Shown here: in pieces, positions 53,689 to 63,054 of the stretch | Numbering within the stretch: position 1 is the stretch's first letter | How the letters are laid out: every line of letters starts with the position of its first letter | DNA from: Candidatus Methanomethylicia archaeon | GTDB taxonomy: Archaea > Thermoproteota > Methanomethylicia > CALHIW01 | Assembly: GCA_038845975.1 (NCBI GenBank) | Contig: JAWBQF010000002.1 | Location: 1-64,000, forward strand | DNA: 64,000 nucleotides | Direction: 5' to 3' | Translations under genes and position numbers: made by a program | The notes under the pieces: model-generated | What the model was told of the DNA's origin: nothing | Databases searched by the model: none | The model's input: the letters and a program-made list of their open reading frames with translations, nothing else

Positions 53689-55146
53689 TTAGGAACTCTT
53701 AACCATCTCCCTCTCAGCTTCTTTAACTATCTCTTCAAGTTTTCTTTTAATATCTAGCGGTAATGGTGTAGGTTCATGTTCAGCTAGGATCTTTCTAACA
53801 GCCTCCCTAGCTCTCTCACCTATATCTTTCCTACCTTTCCTCATCCATGCTTCAAGTTTACTTTTATCAAATATTTGAGCAGTATAAAGCTCTCTTAAAT
53901 GCTTTAAAGTATGTTTCTGTGAGAAGAAATGTCCATGAGGTCCAACACTCTTGATAATGTCAATAGCTAGTGTTTCATCATTAACAGTAACTCCCTTAAT
54001 TATGTTTAGAACGTTTTCAATAATTTCATCACATATTACAGCCATTTCAAGAGAACCAGCACTTCCACTTGCAAGATATCCGCAGTCATGTATTAATGTT
54101 ACTCCTACAAGCGCACTTATTAATAATAGCATTGTAGCTTCACAACCAGCTTGAGCATCTGGAACTTTTGAGTCAATAGCTCCGCCAAGCCCGAAGCATG
54201 GTAGATTATAGAATTCAGCTAATTGACCGTTTAAAACCCCAAATGTAAGAGCATTCTCTGGAGATGCATATGTTGCAGTTCCTGTTTTCTGATCCATAAC
54301 TACGCCCCAAGCTGCATATATTACTGGTGAATTAGGCTTAACAAGTTGAATAAGTGTTATTGATGCAAGTGCTTCAGCATTTGATACTGCTACGGCACCA
54401 GCTGGCGTTATAGGTCCTGTAGCACCTAGAATTGTTGCTGGACCCAGTGTAACAGGTATTCCTGCTCTTGCACATTCTATCATATTCTCATTTTCAAGGG
54501 TAAACTTTAATGGAGATACTGTTTCAGAGTAAATACTAAGTATTGGATTCCTTCTTAATTCATCTTCTCCACCAACAATTTCAGAAGCCATTCTGATAAC
54601 GTATCTTGTACATTTAGCAAATGGAGCTGAGTAAATAATTGGCTTTTCAGTATTGTTAAATAATGCTTCGAATTCATGTATGTATTCGACCTCGTAGGGT
54701 ACATCAAATGCTCCAGCAATATTCATTATAAATGACATATTTCGAAGAGCATTACCTAACTTAGCCATCTCCATAACATCTGTTTTACTAGGTCTTCTGA
54801 ATTCTCCTGTTCTCCAATCTCTTACGTATGGTACAGGAGTTCCCCCCATGCCGAAGTAAACTCTACCATTTTCAATAAGAATACTATACTTAGGATTTCT
54901 ACCATGAAGAATAAATTGCTTCTTAGATTTCTTAATGCATTCTTCAATTAGGTAACTTGGTATTCTAATTCTTTTCCCCTTAAAGTCAACATTAGCTCCA
55001 GCATCATTAAAAATCTTTAAAATCAATTCAGATTCTGAATGCATACCAGTATTCTCTAAAATTTCAAGCGATGCATTATGAATACTTGTAAGCTCATTCT
55101 TATTGAGAAATTTTAAAACTTGACATTTAGGACCTCTAATAACCAT
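53689..55146 (-). CDS. mttB: Pyl-free MttB-superfamily methyltransferase (paralog 5)
   Basis: ENGRVYFG.GGTP, LPCFGLGGAIDSKVPDAQAG.E. Confidence 0.92.
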   Translation of the reverse strand: MVIRGPKCQVLKFLNKNELTSIHNASLEILENTGMHSESELILKIFNDAGANVDFKGKRIRIPSYLIEECIKKSKKQFILHGRNPKYSILIENGRVYFGMGGTPVPYVRDWRTGEFRRPSKTDVMEMAKLGNALRNMSFIMNIAGAFDVPYEVEYIHEFEALFNNTEKPIIYSAPFAKCTRYVIRMASEIVGGEDELRRNPILSIYSETVSPLKFTLENENMIECARAGIPVTLGPATILGATGPITPAGAVAVSNAEALASITLIQLVKPNSPVIYAAWGVVMDQKTGTATYASPENALTFGVLNGQLAEFYNLPCFGLGGAIDSKVPDAQAGCEATMLLLISALVGVTLIHDCGYLASGSAGSLEMAVICDEIIENVLNIIKGVTVNDETLAIDIIKSVGPHGHFFSQKHTLKHLRELYTAQIFDKSKLEAWMRKGRKDIGERAREAVRKILAEHEPTPLPLDIKRKLEEIVKEAEREMVKSS

Positions 55147-55386
55147 TTAAACACCGATTGAGATAAATATCACAGTATATAAAGGTTATCATAATAAACA
55201 TTCTATAAAATTCATATAGCATTTATAGAATCCTAACTAAAATACTTGGAAAATTGAAACTATAAGGTACGAAGACAAATATTTAAACCATTAATAACAT
55301 GTTTAATCTGTTTACTAGTAGCTTAACTACAATCGGTAGTGAGACAGTAATTAATTTAATAGGAATCTTCAAAAAAAGGTAGTTGG

Positions 55387-56610
55387 TTAGCTAATTGGTG
55401 GATATATTTGCTTTGCAGCCATTGGGTCTTGATTTATCTCTGTGAATTCAAAGGTGAATTGAGTCATTCCTATCCATTGATGCCAGAGAGGTTGTTTAGG
55501 TGTTGGATCGTTAATAAGCTTAATGGTTCCTGTTGTTCCTTCTATTTCTATGTTTTCAATGTATTTAGCTAGAGTATCTGGATTTGTGGAGCCTGTTGCC
55601 TCAATAGCTTTACATAGAATTCTTAAGCAGTCCCAGTACCAATATAATGCGATAAATGGGTCTTTACCATACTTTTCCTTATATAACTTTCTAAACTCTT
55701 CCCCTGTTTTCGTTAGTTTCATATATGGTGAATAATAGGTTGGATACATTGAGCCTACACCACCTTTACCTACAGCCTCCCAGAATGATTTCGGATCCCA
55801 TGTTGGACAATCATTTCCAAAATAAATTTTAATGCCTAAATCTAGAAATCCAAGCTCTACAGCTTGTTTTGCTGCGACGAATGCATGTGGCACATTTAAA
55901 TGTATAACTAGAACATCTGGTTTAGGATCTAAAGCCTTAATTCTACTTAGCTCAGGTGTATAATCTGCTTTACCCATTGCTGCCGGTATAAATGTAAACT
56001 TTACTTCTGGAAATATTTTCTTAGCCCACTCTACTAAAGCATCCCTCTGACCAAAACCATATGGTGATTCCTCAACTAATACAGCAATATTCTTCCATTC
56101 TTTCCATTTGAAGAATTCAAGAGCCTGTCCAGCAATAAGTGAATTGTATACTCCAATTCTAAATACATATTTATAGTGGTTTGCCGTTATCTCATCAGCC
56201 CAACTGTATGTTACAAACATTATTGTTGGGAATTTTTCTGTTGCTTCAGCAACTGGGAGTGCAACTAGACTCTCCCATGGACCTATTAATCCAGCTATTT
56301 TATCTTGAGTAACCATTCTTTGAAGATGTGAAATAGCAACACCAGGATCTAGTGTTTGATCAGCAACAACAAGCTCCAACTCCCTACCAGCAACCCCACC
56401 CTGCTTATTCATCCACTCAACAAAAAGCTGAGCAGTTTCAAGTATAAGCTTTCCGGAAACATAGTCTGCTGGTGGTGATAGTGGTGTTATTACACCAATC
56501 TTTATTTTCTCCCTAGGTTTAGGTATAAGCGTAAAGTAAGCAATAACAGCAATAGCAGCAACCACAATTACAGCTACTATTATAGCACCAATAATTTTTG
56601 TACTAACCAT
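55387..56610 (-). CDS. Liv/Peripla_BP_6 substrate-binding protein 2 (paralog of 50443-51687)
   Basis: Shares long nucleotide-identical blocks with SBP1. Confidence 0.9.
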   Translation of the reverse strand: MVSTKIIGAIIVAVIVVAAIAVIAYFTLIPKPREKIKIGVITPLSPPADYVSGKLILETAQLFVEWMNKQGGVAGRELELVVADQTLDPGVAISHLQRMVTQDKIAGLIGPWESLVALPVAEATEKFPTIMFVTYSWADEITANHYKYVFRIGVYNSLIAGQALEFFKWKEWKNIAVLVEESPYGFGQRDALVEWAKKIFPEVKFTFIPAAMGKADYTPELSRIKALDPKPDVLVIHLNVPHAFVAAKQAVELGFLDLGIKIYFGNDCPTWDPKSFWEAVGKGGVGSMYPTYYSPYMKLTKTGEEFRKLYKEKYGKDPFIALYWYWDCLRILCKAIEATGSTNPDTLAKYIENIEIEGTTGTIKLINDPTPKQPLWHQWIGMTQFTFEFTEINQDPMAAKQIYPPIS

Positions 56611-56666
56611 TCAAATCCCCATATTTAGGGGAAAGTACGTATATAAATTTTGCTACAGCTAATTGA

Positions 56667-57324
56667 GATACTGTCAAGTTATTTTGGGGGTTTGGGAAGC
56701 TGTTTTTGGAGGTCTATTAGGTGGTTTCTTAAAGCCTTTGAGGATAGTGGTTTGTTAGGATTGATAGGTTTTCGGATGTGGGTTAGGGCTGTTCTGCTAT
56801 ATGGTTGGCTTGAGCTATAGGGGATAATCTACGTTTTGGGGTTTGTGTGTAGCTACGAGGCTGTAGGGCTTGGGTTGGAAGCTGGAACGCGTAACGGTTA
56901 ACGTTGGAGTTAGGTGTATGGTAGTAGTTGGTGGGGTAGGATTAGGGCTTATGGAATGATGATGTGTATGGGCTGCTATAGATGTTTATACGTGTAACGT
57001 ATGGGCTTCATGGCGGAGAAGTATCCTCCATGAAGCCTTCATGAGGAGGGTTTTGGAGGCATGTATGAATAGCCATTATCCTCGTGGCCCCTATATCCTG
57101 AAGCCCTTCAGGCCTTAAATGGATTCATAGAACCTTCGGCGAGGGAAACGTATTGAACGATGGTTTAGAACAATGAAAGCTAGGACTAGAGCTTCTTTAA
57201 CAACTTCCAGTAAAGCCTATCTTCAAGATAAACTCTCCATAAGGCTCTTCATCCCATGTACAACTTCATAAGACCACATCAAACCCTAAAGAGACCACCA
57301 GCAAGCCAACAACTTGACAGTATC
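56667..57324 (+). mobile_element. IS6-family element, family E (658 bp), transposase decayed
   Basis: Perfect 14-bp TIR GATACTGTCAAGTT and perfect 9-bp direct repeat GCTAATTGA. Higher GC than the flanks. Relics GLSYR, GLKWIHRTFGE, IERWFRTMKART..FNNFP. Confidence 0.92.
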
Positions 57325-57333
57325 GCTAATTGA

Positions 57334-57567
57334 TGTCTTATCAACTCTAGAATCTTTATTATTTCATCATTAATATATTTCTATAATTTTTATTATCTAA
57401 ATTCCTAATAACATTTATTATGATTGCTTAAATATCTTAAAAAGAAAATAAATCACTCCAACTTACCTAACGCATATCTATTATTAACATTATTGAGCTT
57501 ATGTTATTTTATATCCATTACAACTTATCAACAAACTAAATATAAACATCTAAAGTTGACAGGGTAT
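57334..57567. mobile_element. ~235-bp MITE-like element, family D
   Basis: Ends TGTCTTATCAACTCTAG / CTAAAGTTGACAGGGTAT. Interior similar to 51744-51954. Confidence 0.6.
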
Positions 57568-57608
57568 ATTCTTCTAAACGTAAACTTTAAATATTCAGCC
57601 TTATAGTT

Positions 57609-58277
57609 TTGGTGGTGTTGTTAATGTCTACAAATCTTGTTAACGAGTTAAGGGAAGCAGTTTTAAGCTATGATCTAGATACGTTGATTAATGCTGTTAA
57701 GAAAAGCTTGGAGAAGGGAGTAAGTGCTATTGACGTTATTAATGCTTTAACTGTTGTTTTAAGGGAAGTGGGAGATAAGTTTCAAGCTGGTAGTCTATTT
57801 CTTGCTGAGCTTGTAGCAATAGCTGAGAACGTTAAGACAGCTATTTCTGAAGTTCTTGAGCCTGAACTTAAGAAGATAGGTGGTGAAAGAAAGTCTTTAG
57901 GTAAGGTTGTTATTGGAACTGTTCATGGAGATATTCATGATATAGGTAAGAATATTGTTGCATCAATGCTTTTCGCAGCTGGATTTGAAGTCTACGACTT
58001 AGGTAAGGATGTACCCGTAGAGGAGTTTGTAGGAAAGGCTAGAGAGGTTAATGCAGATATTATTGCTATGTCTGCTCTTCTAAGTACAACTCTACCAGTA
58101 CAGAGAGAAGTTATTGAGAGGTTAAGTAGAGAGGGATTGAAAGAAAAGATAAAAGTTATGGTTGGAGGGGCTCCAGTAACTAAGGAGTGGGCTGAAGAGA
58201 TTGGAGCTGATGGGTATGGTGAGGATGCAATAGAAGCTGTAAGGGTAGCTAAAACGTTATCAGGTGTAAGGGAGTAG
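57609..58277 (+). CDS. Methyltransferase cognate corrinoid protein (MttC-like)
   Basis: GDIHDIGKN, SALLS, VGGAP, IGADGY. Confidence 0.94.
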   Translation: MVVLLMSTNLVNELREAVLSYDLDTLINAVKKSLEKGVSAIDVINALTVVLREVGDKFQAGSLFLAELVAIAENVKTAISEVLEPELKKIGGERKSLGKVVIGTVHGDIHDIGKNIVASMLFAAGFEVYDLGKDVPVEEFVGKAREVNADIIAMSALLSTTLPVQREVIERLSREGLKEKIKVMVGGAPVTKEWAEEIGADGYGEDAIEAVRVAKTLSGVRE

Positions 58278-58285
58278 GGGGAAAA

Positions 58286-59713
58286 TTGACTAGAGGATTA
58301 ACTGGTAGACAGTTAAAGTTTTTATCAGAAGAGGAAATTAGAAAAATACATGAAATATCTCTTAGAATACTTGAGGAAGTAGGTGTTAAATCAACTTCAA
58401 AAAGAATACTTGAAGTACTTAGTCGTTCAGGTATAGATGTAAATGTTGATAAGGGAATTGCTAGGATTTCGAGAAGCCATGTTGAGGAAGCTTTAAAGAA
58501 AGCCCCTAAAAGAATTGTTATATATGGACGTAGCCAGGAGAATGCAGTAATTCTTGAAAATGGACGTGTTTATTTCGGTCTTGGAGGTACGCCAACACCC
58601 TACATACTTGATGTAGAGAGTGGAGAATTTCGCAGACCAGGTGTAAGAGATGTAGCTGAAGCTACAAGACTTGGAGATTCATTATCTAATATAGACTTTA
58701 TAATGACAATAGCTGGAGCATTTGATGTACCGTATGAAGTGGAGTACCTATACGAGTGGAAAACCATACTAAGCAATACTAGTAAGCCTATAGTTTACCC
58801 AGCGCCTGGAATCATAAATGCTGAAAAAGTAGTTAGAATGGGTATAGCTATAGCTGGAAATGAGGATGAATTTAGAAGGAAGCCAATATTTGGAGTTTAT
58901 GTTGAAATGCCCTCACCACTTACATTACATGATGCAAACGAAAACATTATAGTTCTAGCTGAAAAAGAGGTCCCAATAGTAATTGGGCAAATGCCACAAC
59001 TTGGAGCTACAGCTCCAGTAACTTTTGCAGGTGCAGCTGCCTTAAGCAATGCTGAAAATCTAGCTGCCCTAACACTTACACAAATAATTAATCCTGGAGC
59101 TCCATTCATATATGGGGGATACGTAACATTAATGGATCAGAAAACGGGTAGATGTGCTTACGGTGCTCCTGAGTTTGCTATGGGTAATATTGTTGATTCA
59201 GCTCTTGCAACATACTATGGTCTTCCATGCTTTGGATGGGGTGGATGTAGTGATAGTAAGGAGCCTGATGTTCAGGCAGGAGTTGAAGTCATGATGAATT
59301 CTCTAGTAGCTGCACTTTCAGGAGTTAATCTTATTCATGATTTCGGCTATCTTGCAGGTGGAAGTGTTGGATCTATGGAAATGGCTGTAATAGGAAATGA
59401 AGTTGCTGGAATGATTAAGAGAATATTAATGGGAATAAAGGTGGATGATGAGGATCTAGCATTTAACGTAGTGAAAGATATTGGTCCAAGTGGACACTTT
59501 CTAAGCCATCCACATACATTAAAGCATCTTAGGAGCGAAATTTACATGCCTGAAATATTTAATAGGGATAGTGAAGCTAAATGGATTCGATCCGGAAAGC
59601 CTAGTGTTAGAAACAGTATTAAAAGAAGAGTTAGAGAGATATTGAAGACACATAATCCAGAACCTCTACCTGAAGATATTCAGAGAAAAATAGAGGAAAT
59701 AATAAGAAATTAA
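58286..59713 (+). CDS. mttB: Pyl-free MttB-superfamily methyltransferase (paralog 6)
   Basis: YGLPCFGWGGCSDSK.PD.QAG.E. Closest to paralogs 1 and 5. Confidence 0.92.
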   Translation: MTRGLTGRQLKFLSEEEIRKIHEISLRILEEVGVKSTSKRILEVLSRSGIDVNVDKGIARISRSHVEEALKKAPKRIVIYGRSQENAVILENGRVYFGLGGTPTPYILDVESGEFRRPGVRDVAEATRLGDSLSNIDFIMTIAGAFDVPYEVEYLYEWKTILSNTSKPIVYPAPGIINAEKVVRMGIAIAGNEDEFRRKPIFGVYVEMPSPLTLHDANENIIVLAEKEVPIVIGQMPQLGATAPVTFAGAAALSNAENLAALTLTQIINPGAPFIYGGYVTLMDQKTGRCAYGAPEFAMGNIVDSALATYYGLPCFGWGGCSDSKEPDVQAGVEVMMNSLVAALSGVNLIHDFGYLAGGSVGSMEMAVIGNEVAGMIKRILMGIKVDDEDLAFNVVKDIGPSGHFLSHPHTLKHLRSEIYMPEIFNRDSEAKWIRSGKPSVRNSIKRRVREILKTHNPEPLPEDIQRKIEEIIRN

Positions 59714-59714
59714 T

Positions 59715-61013
59715 TTATTTTTTTAATGTATAAGTTATTGAGGCGTAGGGAAGAGCTAATATTGCTGAGCTTTTACCGTGAATTTTCAACGCATCATTTA
59801 ATGCGTCCTCAACATTTATGAAGTGCTTCATTTTAAACGTTTTCAATTCACTACTTGAAAGATTATTGCTTACAACAGATACATTGAAGTGTCTAGTCAT
59901 CCATAGAAACTGGTAGCCAATACATGATTCAAAAGATGGAATTACATCTCTTTCAGTTAAATCCAAAACCTCCTCGGCATCCTCGTATTTAGTAAAGAAT
60001 TTCTTAAATTCATCAACTTCTGTTCCCTCATATATGCCCTTATAGCATGATGAAGCTAGAATTATTGATCCTCCATCCTTAACCAAATCTTCAACAGCAG
60101 CAAGCATACGTGAACCTGACTGATATAAGCTTACTTCATGACTAAACACACCTGGACTTGCAACTACAATATCAACTTTCCCCTCAATGGGCTCGCTTGA
60201 ACTTAAAACATTCTTAGCAAAAGCTTGAGCCTCATAAAATGTTTTAATAACATCTCCAACATAAACCCCAAGAATATTGCCTTTATGGTCTTGAATGACG
60301 TTAACTATTAAGTCTACGCCTACTCGTTGAGCATAATCATCTATATCCTGACGTACAATATTCCCCTCAATCAATCCAAACATGGCACCTCTTCTAGCCT
60401 TCCTTACATTCCTAACGAATAGTTTATGGTTTTCATGAATACTTTGCCTACTCGATATTCCGGGCATAACAGTCTTCCCACCGCCACTCCACCCTACAAG
60501 CATACATGGCCCAATAGTTCCAGCTATAATTTTAACATCAGCTTCAGCAAACATTTTATTAACCTGAATGGTTGTTCCAAGACTTGTAGCTCCAAGCTCA
60601 GTTAAGCTTGACTTATCGTATGGATCATTATTAATTACTTTAACCCTATCAACAACTTCTTCACCAAGTATTTTAATAATACTATCCCTACTTTCAGGAC
60701 TATGCATTCCAGTAGCTATTAATATAGTAATATCTCTACTCCATACACCTAAATTTTCAAGTTCTCTAATAACTGTTGAAGCTATTAAGCTACTTGGCGT
60801 AGGTCGAGTACTATCAGGAACAGCAATAGCAATCCTAGTACCAGACTTAACTATTCCGCTAAGCTGGTTCCGTACACCATTTATAATAATCCTTCTAACT
60901 TCATCATTACTTAATGCATAGCCAAATCTAGGCTTAACCTCCCTAATAGAGACATCTCTTAACTCTACACTAACTTCACATCCACCATATGGGAGGGTTA
61001 ATATATTTCTCAC
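59715..61013 (-). CDS. LarA-family (nickel-pincer racemase/epimerase-like, DUF2088) protein
   Basis: LPYG, PDSTRP.P, ATGMH, SGG.K..MPG, NH, LYQ, GG.IIL. Confidence 0.85.
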   Translation of the reverse strand: MRNILTLPYGGCEVSVELRDVSIREVKPRFGYALSNDEVRRIIINGVRNQLSGIVKSGTRIAIAVPDSTRPTPSSLIASTVIRELENLGVWSRDITILIATGMHSPESRDSIIKILGEEVVDRVKVINNDPYDKSSLTELGATSLGTTIQVNKMFAEADVKIIAGTIGPCMLVGWSGGGKTVMPGISSRQSIHENHKLFVRNVRKARRGAMFGLIEGNIVRQDIDDYAQRVGVDLIVNVIQDHKGNILGVYVGDVIKTFYEAQAFAKNVLSSSEPIEGKVDIVVASPGVFSHEVSLYQSGSRMLAAVEDLVKDGGSIILASSCYKGIYEGTEVDEFKKFFTKYEDAEEVLDLTERDVIPSFESCIGYQFLWMTRHFNVSVVSNNLSSSELKTFKMKHFINVEDALNDALKIHGKSSAILALPYASITYTLKK

Positions 61014-61659
61014 ATGTAGTGCTTTAAAGGGGAAATATAAACTTTACCCTAACATTAAAGTATCTTGCTAACTTCAGAAGTTTAATTGAGGTACTCTCAC
61101 TTTATTGAGTATAATTAGTAGTTATGGATTATTTAAGAAGTAAGATAATAGAGGTATTTAGTTTATAATTAGATATTAGGGAATAAGATAGTAGCTATGA
61201 TAGTCTAAACACTGAATATCAACAGTTTATTTATGAATTCATCTGAAAAACTTTTAAATATTGTTAAGACTTAATTTAGGTTAATAATTTAACCATACAA
61301 TTAATCATGGAGTTTTCAAATAGACTCGATGTTTAAATTATTGTTAAAAGTCAATATCCCTTATTAATATTGAATCACAGCATGGCTCTTAAAGCCTTTT
61401 AGAGAACTAGGATTACCATAATTAGAATTTCAGTGAGAATCATATATTCATTGTTTAAGTAAAGAACTAGGTTATTATTCAACTCATACAACATCAAATT
61501 CAATAAGCATATCCTAGATGATGAAGGAGCACTTGATTCTAGAATTTGCTTACTAAATTATACTACAATCACCTAAGAGGTGAGTTTAAGTTGCCTGAAC
61601 AAAATGAAATTTATATTAAGGCATCCACTAAATATAGAAGCAATTATGATAAGCTCCGA

Positions 61660-61960
61660 AATGACCAAGTTTATCAAGTATTTGTTTGATGAAGCTAATA
61701 GTTATTTAGCAAAAAGAGACTCCATTTAATCATCTGAGAAGTTATATAGGGTAGCTGAGAGAGAAGAACAATGGACAGTTATGCTTCTTGAAAAAGATGT
61801 TGGAAGACTTGTAGATAAAATTAGTATAGATGTTGAGCTTGGATAGGTACAGCAAATTATCTACATATATGTAGAGCATGCAAAATAAAACTTGATGTAG
61901 AAGATATCAAAAGAAGGGGCTGATAATGAAAAGACTTGTAGAACTAATAGAGAGATACTG
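61660..61960 (+). pseudogene. PaREP1-family pseudogene
   Basis: Relics EA.SYL...D...SSEKLY..AE, WTV.LLEK.V..L, A.YLH, LDVEDIK with stops and frameshifts. Confidence 0.6.
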
Positions 61961-62248
61961 AAATTCAATACTAGTCTTCTTATTATTTACATAGTGAATT
62001 TAATTTAGCTCATGTTACGGCTTAACCTATATTATTTGATAGGAATTAACATGCTTAGTAGTACCATAATAAGCTACGGGTAGAACCGTAAAAATGTTAA
62101 CATCTTATTGTCTTAAAATACTTATATGAGCATAGCAGCTTAGTAATAGAGTCTTCTGTAGTACTTTGAATAATTGATAAATACATAAATTATCTATTAA
62201 AACTGTGTTACAACTTGATGAAGCTATGTAAAACATTATATGCCTAAA

Positions 62249-62305
62249 GGCTCTGTAAACTTTAGATATGAAAGTATAGGATGATAGCTCGATTTCGTAG
62301 AGTTA
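62249..62305. mobile_element. Mini element, family B
   Basis: GGCTCTGTAAACTTTAGATATGAAAGTATA left end. Confidence 0.6.
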
Positions 62306-62404
62306 CTTAATTCAGAATTGGAGCTCTATTCTTTTGCTAAGTTCCATTGTAAATTGAGGATAGATAGAGTTAAAAGTAGGCTTTACTACTAACTACAGGG
62401 TGGT

Positions 62405-62851
62405 ATTACGGCTTCAGTTAAGAAAATCAATGAAAAAACACAACAGTTAGTATCAGAGTATAATGCATTACAGCTTTTAATAGATAGATTACAGAAGCAG
62501 ATGGAAATTATAAATGCATCCATGTCTGATGTTCAGTCAGCACTGTCAGCTCTAGATGAGCTTAAAAAGCACTCTGAAGAAAATGAGATACTTGCTAATA
62601 TTGGTGCGGGAGTTCTTCTTAAAGTAAAATATATTCCAGGAACTAAGATTATAGTGCCTCTAAATCCAAGTACATATATAGAGACAACAATTGATGAAGC
62701 TAAAAACATTCTTGAAAGAAAAATGGAGAGACTTAACTCAGCACAAGTTGAAGTTAGAAAACAGTTAAGTCAAGCAGCTTCAAGACTAAGTGAAATAGAG
62801 CCAAAACTACGTACAATTCTTCAAGAGGAAACTACAGGAAGAGGAGGTTGA
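62405..62851 (+). CDS. pfdA: Prefoldin alpha subunit
   Basis: Coiled coil - EIL..IGAG...K...I.V.L....YIE....EA - coiled coil. The frame is open back to an ATT at 62405. Confidence 0.82.
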   Translation: MTASVKKINEKTQQLVSEYNALQLLIDRLQKQMEIINASMSDVQSALSALDELKKHSEENEILANIGAGVLLKVKYIPGTKIIVPLNPSTYIETTIDEAKNILERKMERLNSAQVEVRKQLSQAASRLSEIEPKLRTILQEETTGRGG

Positions 62852-63054
62852 AGTACACTACTATACACTTGCAAATAATATAGCTACAATCATAATTACA
62901 GTCTCTTTCTCTAATAGTAATCCATTTTAAGGTGAAAAACAATCCAGCTATGGAAACAGATCTTAATAAATGTTCGTCACACAAATGGGAAAGTATGATG
63001 AAGCTATAAAAACATTCTAGAATCAATGTTTAATTTATAAACTAATAGATTTTG

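Noticed and set aside
50443-56610. Diversity-generating retroelement template/variable repeat pair
   Set aside because: No reverse transcriptase in the window, differences are not adenine-specific, and both copies are complete genes.
57424-57606. 60-aa ORF
   Set aside because: Falls within the family D MITE and the corrinoid gene promoter.
16524-59713. Pyrrolysine or selenocysteine read-through in mttB, mtmB or hdrA
   Set aside because: All are full-length open frames. No in-frame TAG or TGA at the expected sites and no pyl genes seen.
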